The notes under the pieces were generated by a model, which saw only the letters and a program-made list of their open reading frames with translations, made no database searches and was not told where the DNA came from. From positions 64,604,001 through 64,668,000 of the forward strand of contig OZ024746.1 of assembly GCA_964016885.1 (NCBI GenBank): DNA of 64,000 bases. Reading direction: 5' to 3'. The translations under genes and the position numbers were made by a program. Source of the stretch: Eledone cirrhosa (taxonomy: Eukaryota). Below are positions 47,549 through 61,092 of the stretch, in pieces (the first letter of the stretch is position 1; each line of letters starts with the position of its first letter).

Positions 47549-48517
47549 AATAATAATATAATTATTGCATACAGTGCTCAGGTGCACTAGAACTCGTCAA
47601 TGGAGGTTTTAAAGGATGCAGTACCTCGACAGCTAACAACTGATGCAGGTAGTTTGTTCCATGCTTCAGCAACTCTGAGCATGGAAAAAATGTTTCCGAA
47701 AGTCATGGGAGCTGTGCTGTTTTCTGACTTTGTAGGCATGCCCACGTGTGTTAGACACATGGAAATCAAAAAGGTACTCAGGGTTGTTGTTGGCAAGATG
47801 GTTAACAATTTTGTGGGTGTTTACCAAGTCAGTTGCCAGATGCAGGAGCTTCAATGTATCCATGCCCAGGGAAACAAGGCATTCAGAGTATGGTAGATGC
47901 CTGATGGAGGGTATTCGCTTGGTTGCACGTCTCTGAACAGTTTCCAGGCGGTCAATGTTCTGAGCAGGATAGGGGTTCCAGACTGGTGATGCAAATTCTC
48001 AGTGTGGCCACACCATAGCTATATACAGCTTTAAATAGATAGCTGGAGAGCGGCAGACAAAGGTCTTGCTGAGTGATGCTAAGACACGCTCGGCCTTCTT
48101 GACAATTTTAGAGACGTCCTTCATCCAACGCAAATCGCTGCTGACCGTAATGCCCAGGTCACGTTCACAAGAAGACTTCTTGATATTAGTGTTGTGGAGG
48201 GAGTATGTGGACGCTGGGTTTTTACTCCCAAAATGCATGGTGGTACACCTGTCCACAGCTAGCTTGAGTTGCCAGTCTGTGATCCATTGTTGCATTGTGT
48301 CCAGGTCAGATTGCAGGCAAGATCTATAGTGTTCAGGATCGGTCCTTTTTATCTCAAGGTACAGCTTGATGTCATCTGCATATTTCAGTACTGTGGCATT
48401 CTTTAAGTTGGCATCTATGTCATTAATATATGCCACAAACAAAAGGGGGCCAAGAACAGATCCCTGTGGTACACCAGATGACATCTTATATGGTGAGGAA
48501 TGCTGATTATAATGACA
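47549..48517 (-). mobile_element. CR1-group LINE, 5'-truncated RT
   Basis: SGVPQGSVLGPLLF..YINDI, KYADDIKLY, LQSDLD, WQLKL, ERDLG. Confidence 0.9.
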
Positions 48518-48518
48518 T

Positions 48519-48937
48519 AAATGTTCAGCATGTATGTACAAATGACATACAAAAATAAATGAACTGGTAAGCTAGTACAACGTATCTCCAGACGGATAGA
48601 GTGGGTCCGTAGCTTTGGTTAGCGACTACTCTAGTGCTTGCAACACGAACAATTAGGGCGAGGGTATAAATGCCAGGTTGGTATCTGGCGCCGGGTAACC
48701 CACCACACGGAGGAGAAAGCACCTTCTTCAAGACTTGGCTGTCAAATTCTTTCACATGTGTGTAGTAGTGGTGCCCACACACATTAGCTATTTGAAAAAA
48801 TGATGGATTTCGCAACTGACTGCACCAGGGTTCCTGTTCCTCAGGGAACCACACTATATGGGGGGACAGGGAGTTCTGGGGCATGAGAGTGAGAGCCATC
48901 ATCCCGACAGTAGTCGAAGAATGATGATGATGATGAC
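48519..48937 (+). mobile_element. Non-coding retroposon with an RTE-type 3' hairpin and (GAT)n tail
   Basis: Ends CGAC-AGTA-GTCG then aagaatgatgatg; its last about 70 bp recur as the TSD-flanked insert at 35076-35146. Confidence 0.7.
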
Positions 48938-49063
48938 ATTTGGAGAAATAACTATCTAGAGTTAGAACCAAAGCCATTGTGATTGAAAAATTTATTTCTT
49001 ATTGTAACATGGAGGAGGAAATGTATTGTGTGTATATGTGTGTGTACATTTTCAAAGAGTTAT

Positions 49064-49123
<60 letters not shown>

Positions 49124-49299
49124 TATAGTTATGGTTGATTATACATAAAAACGATCGAACATTAACCAAAAAGGCACTCAATACATATAAGTAGTGTTTG
49201 GAATTTAGTTTTATCAGGAAAAGTTTGACAATGACTTCGAAGTTTCAGTTGTGATCTGCTATGTTAGATTGTAAATTCTAGGGTGCTTGATACTGTTAA

Positions 49300-49735
49300 T
49301 ATATCATCATCATTTTGCATGGGTTGGACAATTCTTTTTCAGCATAGTACCTCTCTACTCATCAGGTTCTTTTGTTATCTCCTCTCTGAGCTTCGGCAAT
49401 TTCAGATCACAACTTCCGCGTTTGTGTTCTTTGACTTCCCTCTATTGCAGCTTCCCTCCATTGGGATTTCTTGGCACTTTTTTACTCAGCAATCATCATC
49501 TATGCATATCACATGTCCATATCATCGCAGTCTTCTATCTTGCACACTACATCTAATTCTTCTTATATATATTTTTTCTTTCAATTCATCAGTACTCTAT
49601 CATTCACACACATTAATACTGCACATCAATCTAAGCATGCTTGCCTCATTTCTCTCCAGCCTTTGCATTCATTGCGCATGTCTCACTACCAACAGCATCG
49701 CACTTTGCACACAGGTGTTATACAGCTTATATACA
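49300..49735 (-). mobile_element. Old RTE 3' fragment
   Basis: Similar to 36735-37200 (catatcacatgtccatatca corresponds to YGHVM). Confidence 0.75.
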
Positions 49736-49911
49736 TCTTGTGGGTGAGGTTTTAATGAATTTCACATAGCTGTGGTTTACACATTTAGTATTTCAGTTGA
49801 TGTAAAATTAGATTGTGCACTGTAGAATGTTGGAAATCGGTTAAAGTAATACTAGATTCCAGGTTTTTGTATCAAAGGTATATATCAAATAGTAACTGCT
49901 TCTCAAAAATG

Positions 49912-49954
<43 letters not shown>

Positions 49955-51562
49955 TATCGTCATCATCATTATTTTTATCATTATCATTTTCATCATCATT
50001 ACTTTTTACGTCAATTTATCCATGGGTTGGATGTGACTTTTCAAAGAAGAATTCTATGCCAGATCCCCTTACTGATGCAAACTATCACTTGTTTTTTTAA
50101 TGCAAGGTTCGATTCTTATCACAATGAAGTGCAGATAAATGGGTTGGTTTATGAAAACCATAAACAAATATCACTGCCTGCAATATCAAATCTAAAGAGT
50201 AGAGAGAAACACATAGATACACACATACTCACAAACACATACATACTCTCTCTCATTCTCTCTCTTTCTCCCTCCTCTCCCTCTTTCTACTTCCCCCATC
50301 CCCCTCTCTCTCTCACACACTCACACATACAACAAACTTCCTAAGACTGCCTGTCTATGAAATTCACTCACATGTTATAGGTCGATCCATGGCTTACAGT
50401 AGAAGATATTTTCTCAAGATGTCACGCAGTGAGGTTTAATAATCAAAGACCATGTGTTTATGAAGCAAACATTTTATCTCACAGCCATACTTCAGTCAGT
50501 CAGTACTTAGTAAATAGGATAATGTGTTGTCGGCTTGGTAATATTTGCAGAATAGTTCTCTGGCTTTCTTTGTTTCTTTCTAAGTACATCTAAAACAGAT
50601 GAGGTTTTGTCTCTCTTTTTCTCTTAATGATAATTTTGGTTAATGTCATTCCTTCATTGGAAGTTACGAAGACAATTAGACTTGAGTTATCTTCTTAATT
50701 TTAATTTTAATTCAGTCATATGAAACTATTTCACAGTCTACCTGAAAATGGAACTATTAGGAATATATGCAGAAATAGGTGTTAACCTATAAATTCATGT
50801 TATATATTTATCTAGATGAACTTTTATAATGTGTGTGTAATATCTATACACATATATATATATATATATATATGTATACACACACACACACACTATATAT
50901 ATATGAGAGAGAGAAGGAGAGAGAGTTTCAATATATATAGTGAAGTTATTAATTTGAAACAAATTGACATCCTTTTTATTTTATTTTATTGTATTTGTCC
51001 GGTATTTTATTTGTAAGTTTAGATTAAATTTATTGCTATATCATGAAATCATAAAAACAGAACATTTAAAAACATCATCATAAAAAAAGACATAAAAAAA
51101 CTACTTTGAAAATGATTGTAAAGAAAAAGGATTATTACTATTATTTTTATCTAGTATCTTTGTAAACTGGTTGATTTTGCTGTCTACTCTTAGAAATTCC
51201 ACTGTTGCTAAACCTTGCAAATATTCTCATATTGAATATGGTATCTCCACTACCATCACCACCAACATCATCATCATCATCATCATCAGTATGATTACAA
51301 GATATCAAATAGGAAAAAGAAAAAAGCCTTATTTTTCTCAAGTGGTTTTTGCTTCTTTCTAACTTTTTCATTGTATTTACCAAATTAACATCTTAAGCAT
51401 ATCAATTTCTCTAATGTAGGGCTTTAGTTTTTTTTTTAATTTCTACTTTTAATAACATAAGCTATATAATATCATCTTTATCAAATGATTATATTCAGTA
51501 CAATATATTTTTCCTCTTGGAAAAATACATTAACTCACTCTCTCACTCACTCACTCTCTCTC

Positions 51563-51606
<44 letters not shown>

Positions 51607-51651
51607 TATATATAAATATATATATAAATATATATATAAATATATATATAA

Positions 51652-51682
<31 letters not shown>

Positions 51683-52267
51683 ATCATCATCATCTTCATC
51701 TTCATTGTTTTAACATCCACTTTCCCTGCTAGCAAATCACTCTGCCACCTAGCATCACTGATTTTTCAGTCAAATTAAACTTCTCTACCTACATCATTTG
51801 GTACTTTTTGGCAGTTCCTTTCTAATCATATTTGACAATAAGTAAATGCACTTTTTTCTTTTCTTAGTTTACTTGCTATTAACTGATACACAATTGCTTA
51901 CGGTTTAAGAAATAAATCTGATTTTCAGTATGTAAATTATAGTTTTTTGATATAAATATTTTGTTAATTTTACGGCTGTCAGTTACAGATCAATAGATGG
52001 TAAATATTCTTTAATAGCTGAGGTAAAATGAAGAAGACAATTCTAATCTTAGTAGAAATCAATTGGTTTTATTTGTCTTTTTTTTTCCTAATAAGCCAAC
52101 ATTCATATATTCTATTTTCTTTAGAAAATAAGTTTATTTTACAGCCTTAAAGCAAATGCCAGTTTAGCTGAAGTAGTTTAAAGAGGTGAAGCAAAGTAGT
52201 TTTAAATTTAAAATGATATACACACACATTCACACATTTTCATGTATATATAAGTATATATTAACAA

Positions 52268-52350
52268 GTCTGGTGAGCTATCGATTCCAGAGTTAGGCCC
52301 GATCATGACCGATTGTACCTTGAGCTGATCTATAGTGAAACGTGTGTCAC
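52268..52350 (+). ncRNA. Degenerate hammerhead motif (PLE remnant)
   Basis: CTGGTGA (A6 mutated)-GCTAT...ATAGT-GAAA-CGTGTG-TC. Confidence 0.45.
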
Positions 52351-52596
52351 AGGGGAATAAAATATGTACAAAACGCTAAATTGTTACTTCATTCCCACTT
52401 ATCTTATTGTAAGTATATGGATTTGTATTATTATAAGCATATGGATATGTATGCATGTATATGAATGTGTTTTAATATATATATGAGAGAGATAGAGAGA
52501 GAGACAATAGGGAGTGAGATTTGCAGCTTTATTTGAAACTTTATTGCATTTCGATTGCAAGGCCAATGCTCTAACCACTAAGCCATGTGCCTCCAA

Positions 52597-52659
<63 letters not shown>

Positions 52660-52664
<5 letters not shown>

Positions 52665-53010
52665 CACATGGCTTAGTGGTTAGAGCATTGGCCTTGCAAT
52701 CGAAAGGTTGTGAATTCAATTCTCAGACCGGGTGATGTGTTGTTTCCTTGAGCAAGACACTTTATTTCACATTGCTCCAGTTTATTCAGCTGTAGAAATG
52801 AGATGATAGGGACTGGGGTCCATATCATTCCACTGCAAAGTGGTCGTGGAGGTGCTACGGCAAAAAAGCACCCAGCACTCACTGTAAATGAGGTTGGTGT
52901 TAGGAAGGGCATCCAGCTGTAGAAATCAAGCCAGAATCAGTTCCCATCCCACCCTTGCAAGCAGGGAAAAAGCGGAATTAAAATGAAATGATGATGATGA
53001 TGATGATGAT
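52660..53010 (+). mobile_element. SINE-1, full length, with an inverted copy of its head at 52549-52594
   Basis: Matches 33582-33923. Confidence 0.92.
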
Positions 53011-53020
53011 ATATATATAT

Positions 53021-53235
53021 AGGGTGAAGAAGTGCCAGGAAATGCCAGTTGAAGGAAGACGTGGTAGAGGTAGACCACGAAAAACATGGGTGGAGGTGGT
53101 GAGAACAGACCTCAGATCGCTGAAGCTCACGGTGGAGATAACGAAGGACCGTGACAAGTGGAGAGATGCTGTGCTGAATAAGACCCTTCCCACCCTTGCA
53201 AGCAGGGAAAAGCGGACGTAAAATGATGATGATGA
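53021..53235 (+). mobile_element. RTE family C 3' fragment
   Basis: VKKCQEMPVEGRRGRGRPRKTWVEVV..., nearly identical to 36735-36947 inverted. Confidence 0.9.
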
Positions 53236-53289
53236 GAGATATATATATATAGAGAGAGATATAGATATATATGCATGCATGTGTGTGTA

Positions 53290-53967
53290 CAGCTCAAAAG
53301 GCTTCAAAGTAAACTTTAGGAAAGAGGATATGAAGCTGATACCATCAAAGAAGTGGCCTTGTTTGAAATGTTGAAGAGTGGTGGGCAGAAATTCCATAAA
53401 GTGTACATGGTCTAATCAATGGATGCACAAGAGATGTAGTGGAATTACAGGCAGGTTAATAGTGAAGAAAGACTTAGTATGCAACAGATGCGCAGGAGAA
53501 GTAAGCACTAAGAGCACACTCTGAATGTTCCAAAATTTTGCATGATTTCTATGACTAGATGCCCTTACTAAAACTAACAACTTTCTGAGTATACTGGATG
53601 TATTTTATTAGTGCTATATCCTGGTATAAAACTGAACTGCATCCTATTGAAGCTCATTCTCTTCTTAATCAAATGTGTTATAACTCTCAGGAACTTTCAT
53701 AACTTGGTCCATCAATTTGATGTTTCTGTTATTGCATATTTTTAGTGCATTTTCTTCACTGATGTAGCAATTTATAATGTTACTTTTGCACCAGTCTTTA
53801 GGTATAATGGTGTTCAGCACTATGTGATTAACTATATATGTAACTAGTGCATGACCTATCAGATATTTTCAACACTTGACCCATTATATATATCTATATA
53901 ATCAAGTTTATGTCTGTAAATGTGCTATTGGTCTGTAAAGCTGACAACTTCAACTGTTGCATTTACT

Positions 53968-54066
<99 letters not shown>

Positions 54067-55155
54067 AGTAGCATTTCTATTCCTCTTTTGTTTTTGATGT
54101 CAGTGAGACCAAGTGTGCCTCTATCATTCCATATTCTCTCCATTTTCTCTTTTTTCTAACAATATCTTGATTGTCTATAGTACACTACTACTGCTAAATC
54201 TAAAACTACATACAACTTTGATCCCCATCTCACTAACATGTACAAAATGCTTGCTTTCTGTTTCTTTGTTCACTAAGTGTATCTAGACTTCTGTCCTCAC
54301 TGCTTGATATTGTTTTTTGCTTTTCATGGTTCTATCTACCATACTACTTCATTACCTTGTCCACTCCCATAAAGCTAGAAACTTTCACCAGACACATATC
54401 TGGTCCATTACTTGCAGCAGGTTGTCTTGTACTGTGTTTTAAATCTCCAATTCCTCTTCCATTACATTATATGTGTCAGCTAATACTTCTCTGAACCTCT
54501 CTCTGTTTAAGGGGTTTTTCAGCTTCCATATCTTCCTTGGTCAGATGGTCTTGTTTCTAAGTCTGTTTAGCTCTTATCCTACTATCACTACTCTATATAG
54601 TATGGTACATTCCTCACCAGGGAAAGCTTTAGTGCACACAATCAGTTGCCTGTCTAACTTCTTGCTGAGATGCATCTATATAACTTGTATGCCCACCTGA
54701 TTGGTAGAAGACTCACCAATTTCTTGCAAATAGTTAAGTCATTTGGGTCTAAGAAATTCCATAAGCCTTGATCCCTCCTAATGTTTTAAACCATAATCAT
54801 AGACTTTGTGTATTCCATAGAAACCATCACGGTGTTACCAAATTTTTCCTTTAAAGACATCTACTATGATAATGAGAACATTGTTTTATTGAGGTAGTCT
54901 GGAAAAGGACCTGATAAAAGTGATTTATTTATTCATCTGTCAAGTCCTGCATGTGATGCATATGAAGAAATAAATGTTATCATATTATCTGAGACTCGCC
55001 TACATTTAATTATTCTATCATGTACTCATGACTATATCAATTACTTTATCAACCCATTTCTCTGTCTATCCATTGCTTCCATCCACCCAAAAGGATTTGT
55101 ATCTGTTTCTTGATTCTGAGAAGTTCAGCTGAGTCTCTTCTCCAGCTTGCTTCAT
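53290..55155. mobile_element. Heavily decayed RTE fragments (PHD region on plus at about 53290-53520; RT/APE regions on minus) with a (CT)n tract
   Basis: KKWPCLKC...NSIKC...WMHKRCSG on plus; segments on minus resemble 24560-24680 and 25260-25990. Confidence 0.6.
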
Positions 55156-57039
55156 GTATATTTGTGTGTGTATATGCATGTGTGGGTGTGCACATGCGTG
55201 TAGGCAACTCTGCCCATATTTTCCATCTCCAAGGGTTCTTTACCCAATTTTCTCAAATTATATTTATAGTGATCAACTATTATTATGGTCATTTACATTA
55301 GGACACACACATTTCAAATTTTTCCAATGTTTCTGAAGTCAATTACTTGTATGTGTGTGTATGGGCAAATGTATGATAAAATGTGTGTGTGTATGTATAT
55401 ATTGTAAATAGTAGTTAAGACTATCATCTTGTCCTTTGTCCATTTGTTACTGTCCCTTGTGCACTAGGGCCAGTTGTATCGATCTAAAAGTACTGAAAGA
55501 ACAGTTGACTGATGAGATGGGACTGTCTGTATTTGTTTATTTTCCTGTTTTTGCCCATATTATATATAAACCTCATTATCATTTAACATATTTTTGATAC
55601 TTCATGGGTTGTTTGCACATATATATATAGAGAGAGATAGATAGATGCAGGCATGGGTGTGTGGTTAAGGTTTTCACTCTGCAACCATATGCTTCTGTGT
55701 TCAGTCACACTGTGCACTACTTTGAACAAGTGTCTTCTACTGCACCCAACCTATCCAACATTTACTAGCTCAGAAAACAGACATTAAATGGTGATATGTG
55801 TGGGTGTGTGTCTGTCCTCTTCAAAGTACACCAGGGGTGAACCCTTCTCTCATGTCATGTTGCTGGAATTCACTTATTGCAACTGCGGATTAAAGATAAT
55901 AGTCTCTCCAACCTAATCTCTGCCTGTGATATTACAGTCTTAGTAATGTTTGTTTGAAACAGTTGTGAATTGCATTCATAGATTTGACCTTAATAGCAAC
56001 AAGAAATACACAAAAGTCTGTTGCTAGGCAACAACCATCCAAGCATAGATGTCATAAACAATCAAAAGATTGAAAGTATCAAAGCATCCATCTACCTGCA
56101 GAGTTTTGACAATCACCAAAGCAATATGACCATTGTAAAACAACACTACTGACATGTTCTGTCTTAGGTATATTAAAATGTAGAAGCCACCATCTTTAGT
56201 TTTCTCTATGTTATTATATATAGAGACACTTTTATTAAACAGTATTTTATATCATAGTGTTTTCAGTAGTAAATCAGTTTTAAAAGATAATTTCAACTGT
56301 CCAAAAAACTGCCATCTAATAAATATTATATTAGTAATAAGATGTTGTACTTTACATATAAATGTGAATATTTTGTCACAAATTTAGTCATAAGATTTTA
56401 CTCACTTGTTCTTTTCACTTCTATTTATAGATAATGTTTTTAAACAAATCGTCTCTATAATATTATGCTCCTGTATATATTTGCTTATGTTTATCTATAT
56501 GGCTTTTAAATGAGAATAGTTTCCTACAAATTTTGCATCTATAATAATTCACCCCTGTTTTTCCAGCCAATGATTAATGAGATTGTGTCACTGTTAGAAA
56601 CTTCAATGATACATATCAGCAACTGATGATGATGATGATCTAGTTTTTATTTCTAGACTGTATTGGAAGATTATAGGACTTAGAAGTGAGAGAATCATTT
56701 TCTACATATTTCACAATGACAAGTTTTCTTCGGTCTGTATTGAGCTGTGGATTATGTGTAATCTTAGTACATACCGGATGATTCTTCAAGTATTTCACTA
56801 TGATATAGTCTTTTTTCCTGTTTTTGTTTTTATTGTATTCTTTTGTCAATTACAAGTTAATAATTCACAAAAAAAGATGGATGTTAAACGATGATGATTA
56901 TGATGATTTAGTGAAAAGGTTTCCCTCAAATAAGAGTACATTTGAAGACTACATGATCAGAATTCAAGGAAAATAATTTCCAACCTATTTACCCAGGAAG
57001 TTGACAGCGAGGTTGATAGCTATGTGATTAAAAACCAGA

Positions 57040-58050
57040 TTAAGTAAATGATAATTGGGGAGGCAGCTGGATCAGCAATTATAGTGGTAGAACTCCTGAA
57101 AATATCTGTGGAAGTAGGTCATGCACTGGTTACTCATATGATCATTTAGGTAATACAGAGAATTGTCCTACTCAATGACTGCTGTACAATATCATCATCA
57201 ACTGTTAGTAGGGCAAACAAGATGCTTTAGAGCGAGACAACTACAGAGGCTTCAAATTGATGGGCCATGTTATAAAAGTTGCTGAAAAAGTCATAGAAAG
57301 AAAGAAATTTGTATAGATGGATTTATGCCAGGTAAGAGTCTCCCATGGCAGTGGATTCGCAGAATGATTAGAGTGTCGCACAAAAGGGTTTCAATATTTA
57401 GTTATGACTTATTACTTTCTGGGTTTATGTCCCACCGAGGTCAATTTTTCCTTTCATCTTTTTGGGGTTGATAAAAAAAGTACCAGTACTGGGGTTGATT
57501 CTTCCTCTAAATCTCCTCATTTGCTCTCTATCACTATCTCTCTTTCTCTGGAAGAAATCGATTGTGTTCAGACGTAGTGAGAGGAAGAGCTCCTCCAGGT
57601 TTAAAATGTTCAAGAGACTCTGCATGTTTCCTGGGAGCTATTAAATTTGTTGACTACAAAGAGGTTCTCTCTCAGAATGAAGGGAAGATTGTATGATGCT
57701 CATTACCATGATTGCATGGTAACAAGACATAGACCTTGAATATAGAGAATTTGCAGAGGCTAGAAATAAATGAAGCAAGATAATGAGCATGAACAATAAA
57801 GCACAAATGAGCTGAGAGATAAACTGGATATGAGAAATCAGATGTAATGTGCAAGACAGAAGCATATAGAGGATGTCAATTGGGTAAAGCGGTGCTAAGT
57901 GTTTCCAATAGAAGTAATTTGCAGGAGAGTAAAGACAAAAGAAAACATTGGAAGAAGTGGTGAAGACAGATTTCAAGATGCTAAACCTCAAGAAGTTGAC
58001 CAATGACAGGGCCAAGTCACGAAATACTGTGCTTGAGAATATTTACATAA
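57040..58050 (+). mobile_element. Decayed RTE RT and C-terminal fragments with a decayed SINE-2 (about 57350-57495)
   Basis: DALERDNYRGFKLM, FKRL, GSLSE*REDCMM (a shifted [12 protein letters not shown]), EEVVKTD remnants. Confidence 0.65.
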
Positions 58051-59399
58051 CCCATGAATGTAAGGAAATTATAAGGATAGTGGTTGTAATGTTTAATATA
58101 GTTAGTTTTATCTCACCCACATTCATACACCAAACATATTGTTACTTTCTACAACTTAGCCCTCTCTTCGTTGGTTTCTCATCTATCAACTACTCCCTAT
58201 CATTCTTGCTTTCTCTCTTTCCTTCCTACCACTCTCTTGCACTTCTATTACTCTTTTCAACACCCTATTGCTCTTCAGTCATATGTTCTCATCCTCTCTG
58301 CTATCTCCCTATTTCTCTTCCCATCCTTTTACACTGATTTTCTTCTACCACTTAGATAAAGAGGGTACTTACATGCTGGTGAAATCCCAATACAGTCCTG
58401 CTGATCCAATATTTTTCTATCCATGACTATATTATCTATAAAGCACAGTGTTCTCTCCTCTCTATTACATACAGTGTTAGCTAAAATCTATAGATATACT
58501 AGTAGTAAAAAGAGCATTGAAACAAACAGTGTTAATGCATTAGTAATTTATTAGGCAACAAAAAAGCTAACCACAAAACGATTATATTTTCAGTATAAAA
58601 CTAGGCAACATAAATAATACTCTCATTTATGTTGTTATACCTTCACTCCATCCTACCACATTTCATTTCTGTTTAACTTTTACTCTGTTTCTTATCGAAA
58701 ATTAGTTGATTTCATTGCTCATTGTTGTCAACTAAATTTTCAATTGCTATTGTGTATCTACATTATTTAATGAGATGACACACTATTCTCAAACATAATC
58801 TATAGAATATTAATTCACTTAGAAATATAGTTTTCTGAAGGAAATTAATGTCACTTTTAAATTTTAATCCTTACTATTATCTCTCTTCACATTTTTGTTT
58901 ATAACAAATGTTTTAAGTTGTTTTTCATTTGGTTTACTGTATCTTGCCACTATCTTTTCAGTCTAAATTATGTTTCAATTGTTAATGTTTTTTTTCTTCT
59001 TGTCAAATTCTCTTTTCATTAGAAAAGTTTATGTCATAACCTTCTAACAGTGCTTATAATTCTTTTGTTGTGCTATTCTCATAACTTAATTTATTACCTA
59101 TTGAAAAACTTTGCAATTGATTAAAAATAAAAATATAAACAGAAATATATGGTTTAGCATACAACTGCTATTCAAAACTGACAGTTGTAAGAAAAAGTGA
59201 CTGTTTGTGTGTGTATATATATATATGTGTATATATAATTTGTATATAATTAGCGCTCATGTTGGTAATTAATTAAGATATATAGTATGAAGTGCACTAG
59301 CAGCCAAAATGTATGATAAAGTTATATCTGTATAAATACAGAGTGTGTAACTGAGACTGCACCAACTATGATGCACAACAGTTGGTTAAGAACTGAACT

Positions 59400-59660
59400 C
59401 TGATGGACTCCTACTTGAACCTTGAATTCCTCACTAAACTCACTTCCTACCCTCACTTTACTGACAGCTCCTCTGTACATGCCTTGCACTGTTCTCACAA
59501 GCTATCCTTCTACACCTAATTTCCTTAAGGACCCTCAGATAATAGATTGAGGTACTCTGTCAAAGGCCTTTTCTGGATCAACAAAAGCTAGGTATAGTGG
59601 CTTATTCTTGGTTAGGAACTTCTCCTGTAGTTGTCTCACTAAGAAGAGCGCATCTATAGT
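59400..59660 (-). mobile_element. RTE RT internal fragment (family C-like)
   Basis: Aligns to about 37790-38058 (LVRQLQEKFL, AFVD.EKAFD, VGVHQ). Confidence 0.8.
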
Positions 59661-59733
59661 AAAATTGAGATGGAGGGTTTGTGGTTTTTCTCACATGTGA
59701 GAAAAACCACAAACCCTCAATCTCAATTCTACT
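59658..59733. repeat. 76-bp palindrome with no spacer
   Basis: 38-bp arms with 2 mismatches, centred on CACATGTG. Confidence 0.93.
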
Positions 59734-59770
59734 TTTGAAAAGCAGAAGAACTGCGAAACCACCGGTAAAG
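59732..59770 (+). ncRNA. Minimal type I hammerhead ribozyme, U3-A8 core variant
   Basis: CTT-TTGAAAA-GCAG-AAGAA-CTGC-GAAA-CC-ACC-GG-TA-AAG; all three stems pair; cleavage triplet GUA. Confidence 0.72.
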
Positions 59771-59840
59771 GAACCAAATAAATATATATTTAAAAAAAAA
59801 AAAAAAAGACTCCAGTTGCATTTTCGATTTCATCTTTTTT

Positions 59841-59893
<53 letters not shown>

Positions 59894-59898
<5 letters not shown>

Positions 59899-60460
59899 AG
59901 GATGAATATAAAATGAAAGTGCTTTTTTTAAAAAGGAATTTATTAGGTATTGACATATGTTTCTGTAACAGACGGAATACCTATGTATCGCTGCTTGCGT
60001 AATCATATAATGTTAGCAAGTATTCGATAGCAAATGTATAATCAGTTGTCACTTCTTCAGAGATTTTGGATAAATTGGATAAAATCAGAAAAATTGAAGT
60101 ATTTATATTAGTAATAGAGGAAGAATAAGAGGGGATAGTATATGACAATGGTATTCTCATTAGAAACCCATTATATACTTGTTTAGCAGTAAATTAATTT
60201 ACCATCTGTCATATACTATCCCCTCTGTTTCTTCCTCTATTACTAATATAAATACTTCAATTTTTCTGATTTTATCCAATTTATCCAAAATCTCTGAAGA
60301 AGTGACAACTGATTATACATTTGCTATCGAATACTTGCTAACATTATATGATTATGCAAGCAGCGATACATAGGTATTCCGTCTGTTACAGAAACATATG
60401 TCAATACCTAATAAATTTCTTTTTAAAAAAAGCACTTTCATTTTATATTCATCCTTTCTA
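59894..60460. repeat. Near-perfect inverted repeat, arms of about 260 bp with a 46-bp spacer (PLE pseudo-LTR)
   Basis: 59894-60153 is the reverse complement of 60200-60460 with few differences. Each arm contains CTGAAGA-AGTGACA...TGTTACA-GAAA-CATATG-TC (plus copy at 60294-60402). Confidence 0.92.
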
Positions 60461-60562
60461 CATTTTCTCCGGAATATAATTTATACTCGTTGAGCAAACC
60501 TGCACGTACGCTGTTCATCTCTAACGTAACGATATATTATCACTACATTATTGATAACCTGA

Positions 60563-60603
<41 letters not shown>

Positions 60604-60811
60604 CAGGGCGGGCATAAAATCATGAACTGATTATCACTTAGTTGCATTCCGAGTGATGAGTGAGGCCCATGTTGAAGTTCACTAAAGTTCAAGCGTGAAA
60701 TGAAAAAAACTTTCTATACATATGCTGTAAGTGTGCCCCAAACTGTTCTATCTTGTTCATGTCTTACTTAATAAAGGTTTATAATTAAGGAAATACTTTA
60801 TGCGCACCCCA

Positions 60812-60842
<31 letters not shown>

Positions 60843-60892
60843 ATATATATATAGTATAAGAATAAAGGAACAAAGAATCAGTGTTGCATCAT

Positions 60893-61092
60893 NNNNNNNN
60901 NNNNNNNNNNNNNNNNNNNNNNNNNNNNNNNNNNNNNNNNNNNNNNNNNNNNNNNNNNNNNNNNNNNNNNNNNNNNNNNNNNNNNNNNNNNNNNNNNNNN
61001 NNNNNNNNNNNNNNNNNNNNNNNNNNNNNNNNNNNNNNNNNNNNNNNNNNNNNNNNNNNNNNNNNNNNNNNNNNNNNNNNNNNNNNNNNNNN
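60893..61092. other. Assembly gap (200 N)
   Basis: Run of N. Confidence 1.

Noticed and set aside
60603-60790. TACAGGGCGGGCATAAAATC as a Tc1-like TIR
   Set aside because: No matching second TIR is visible before the assembly gap.
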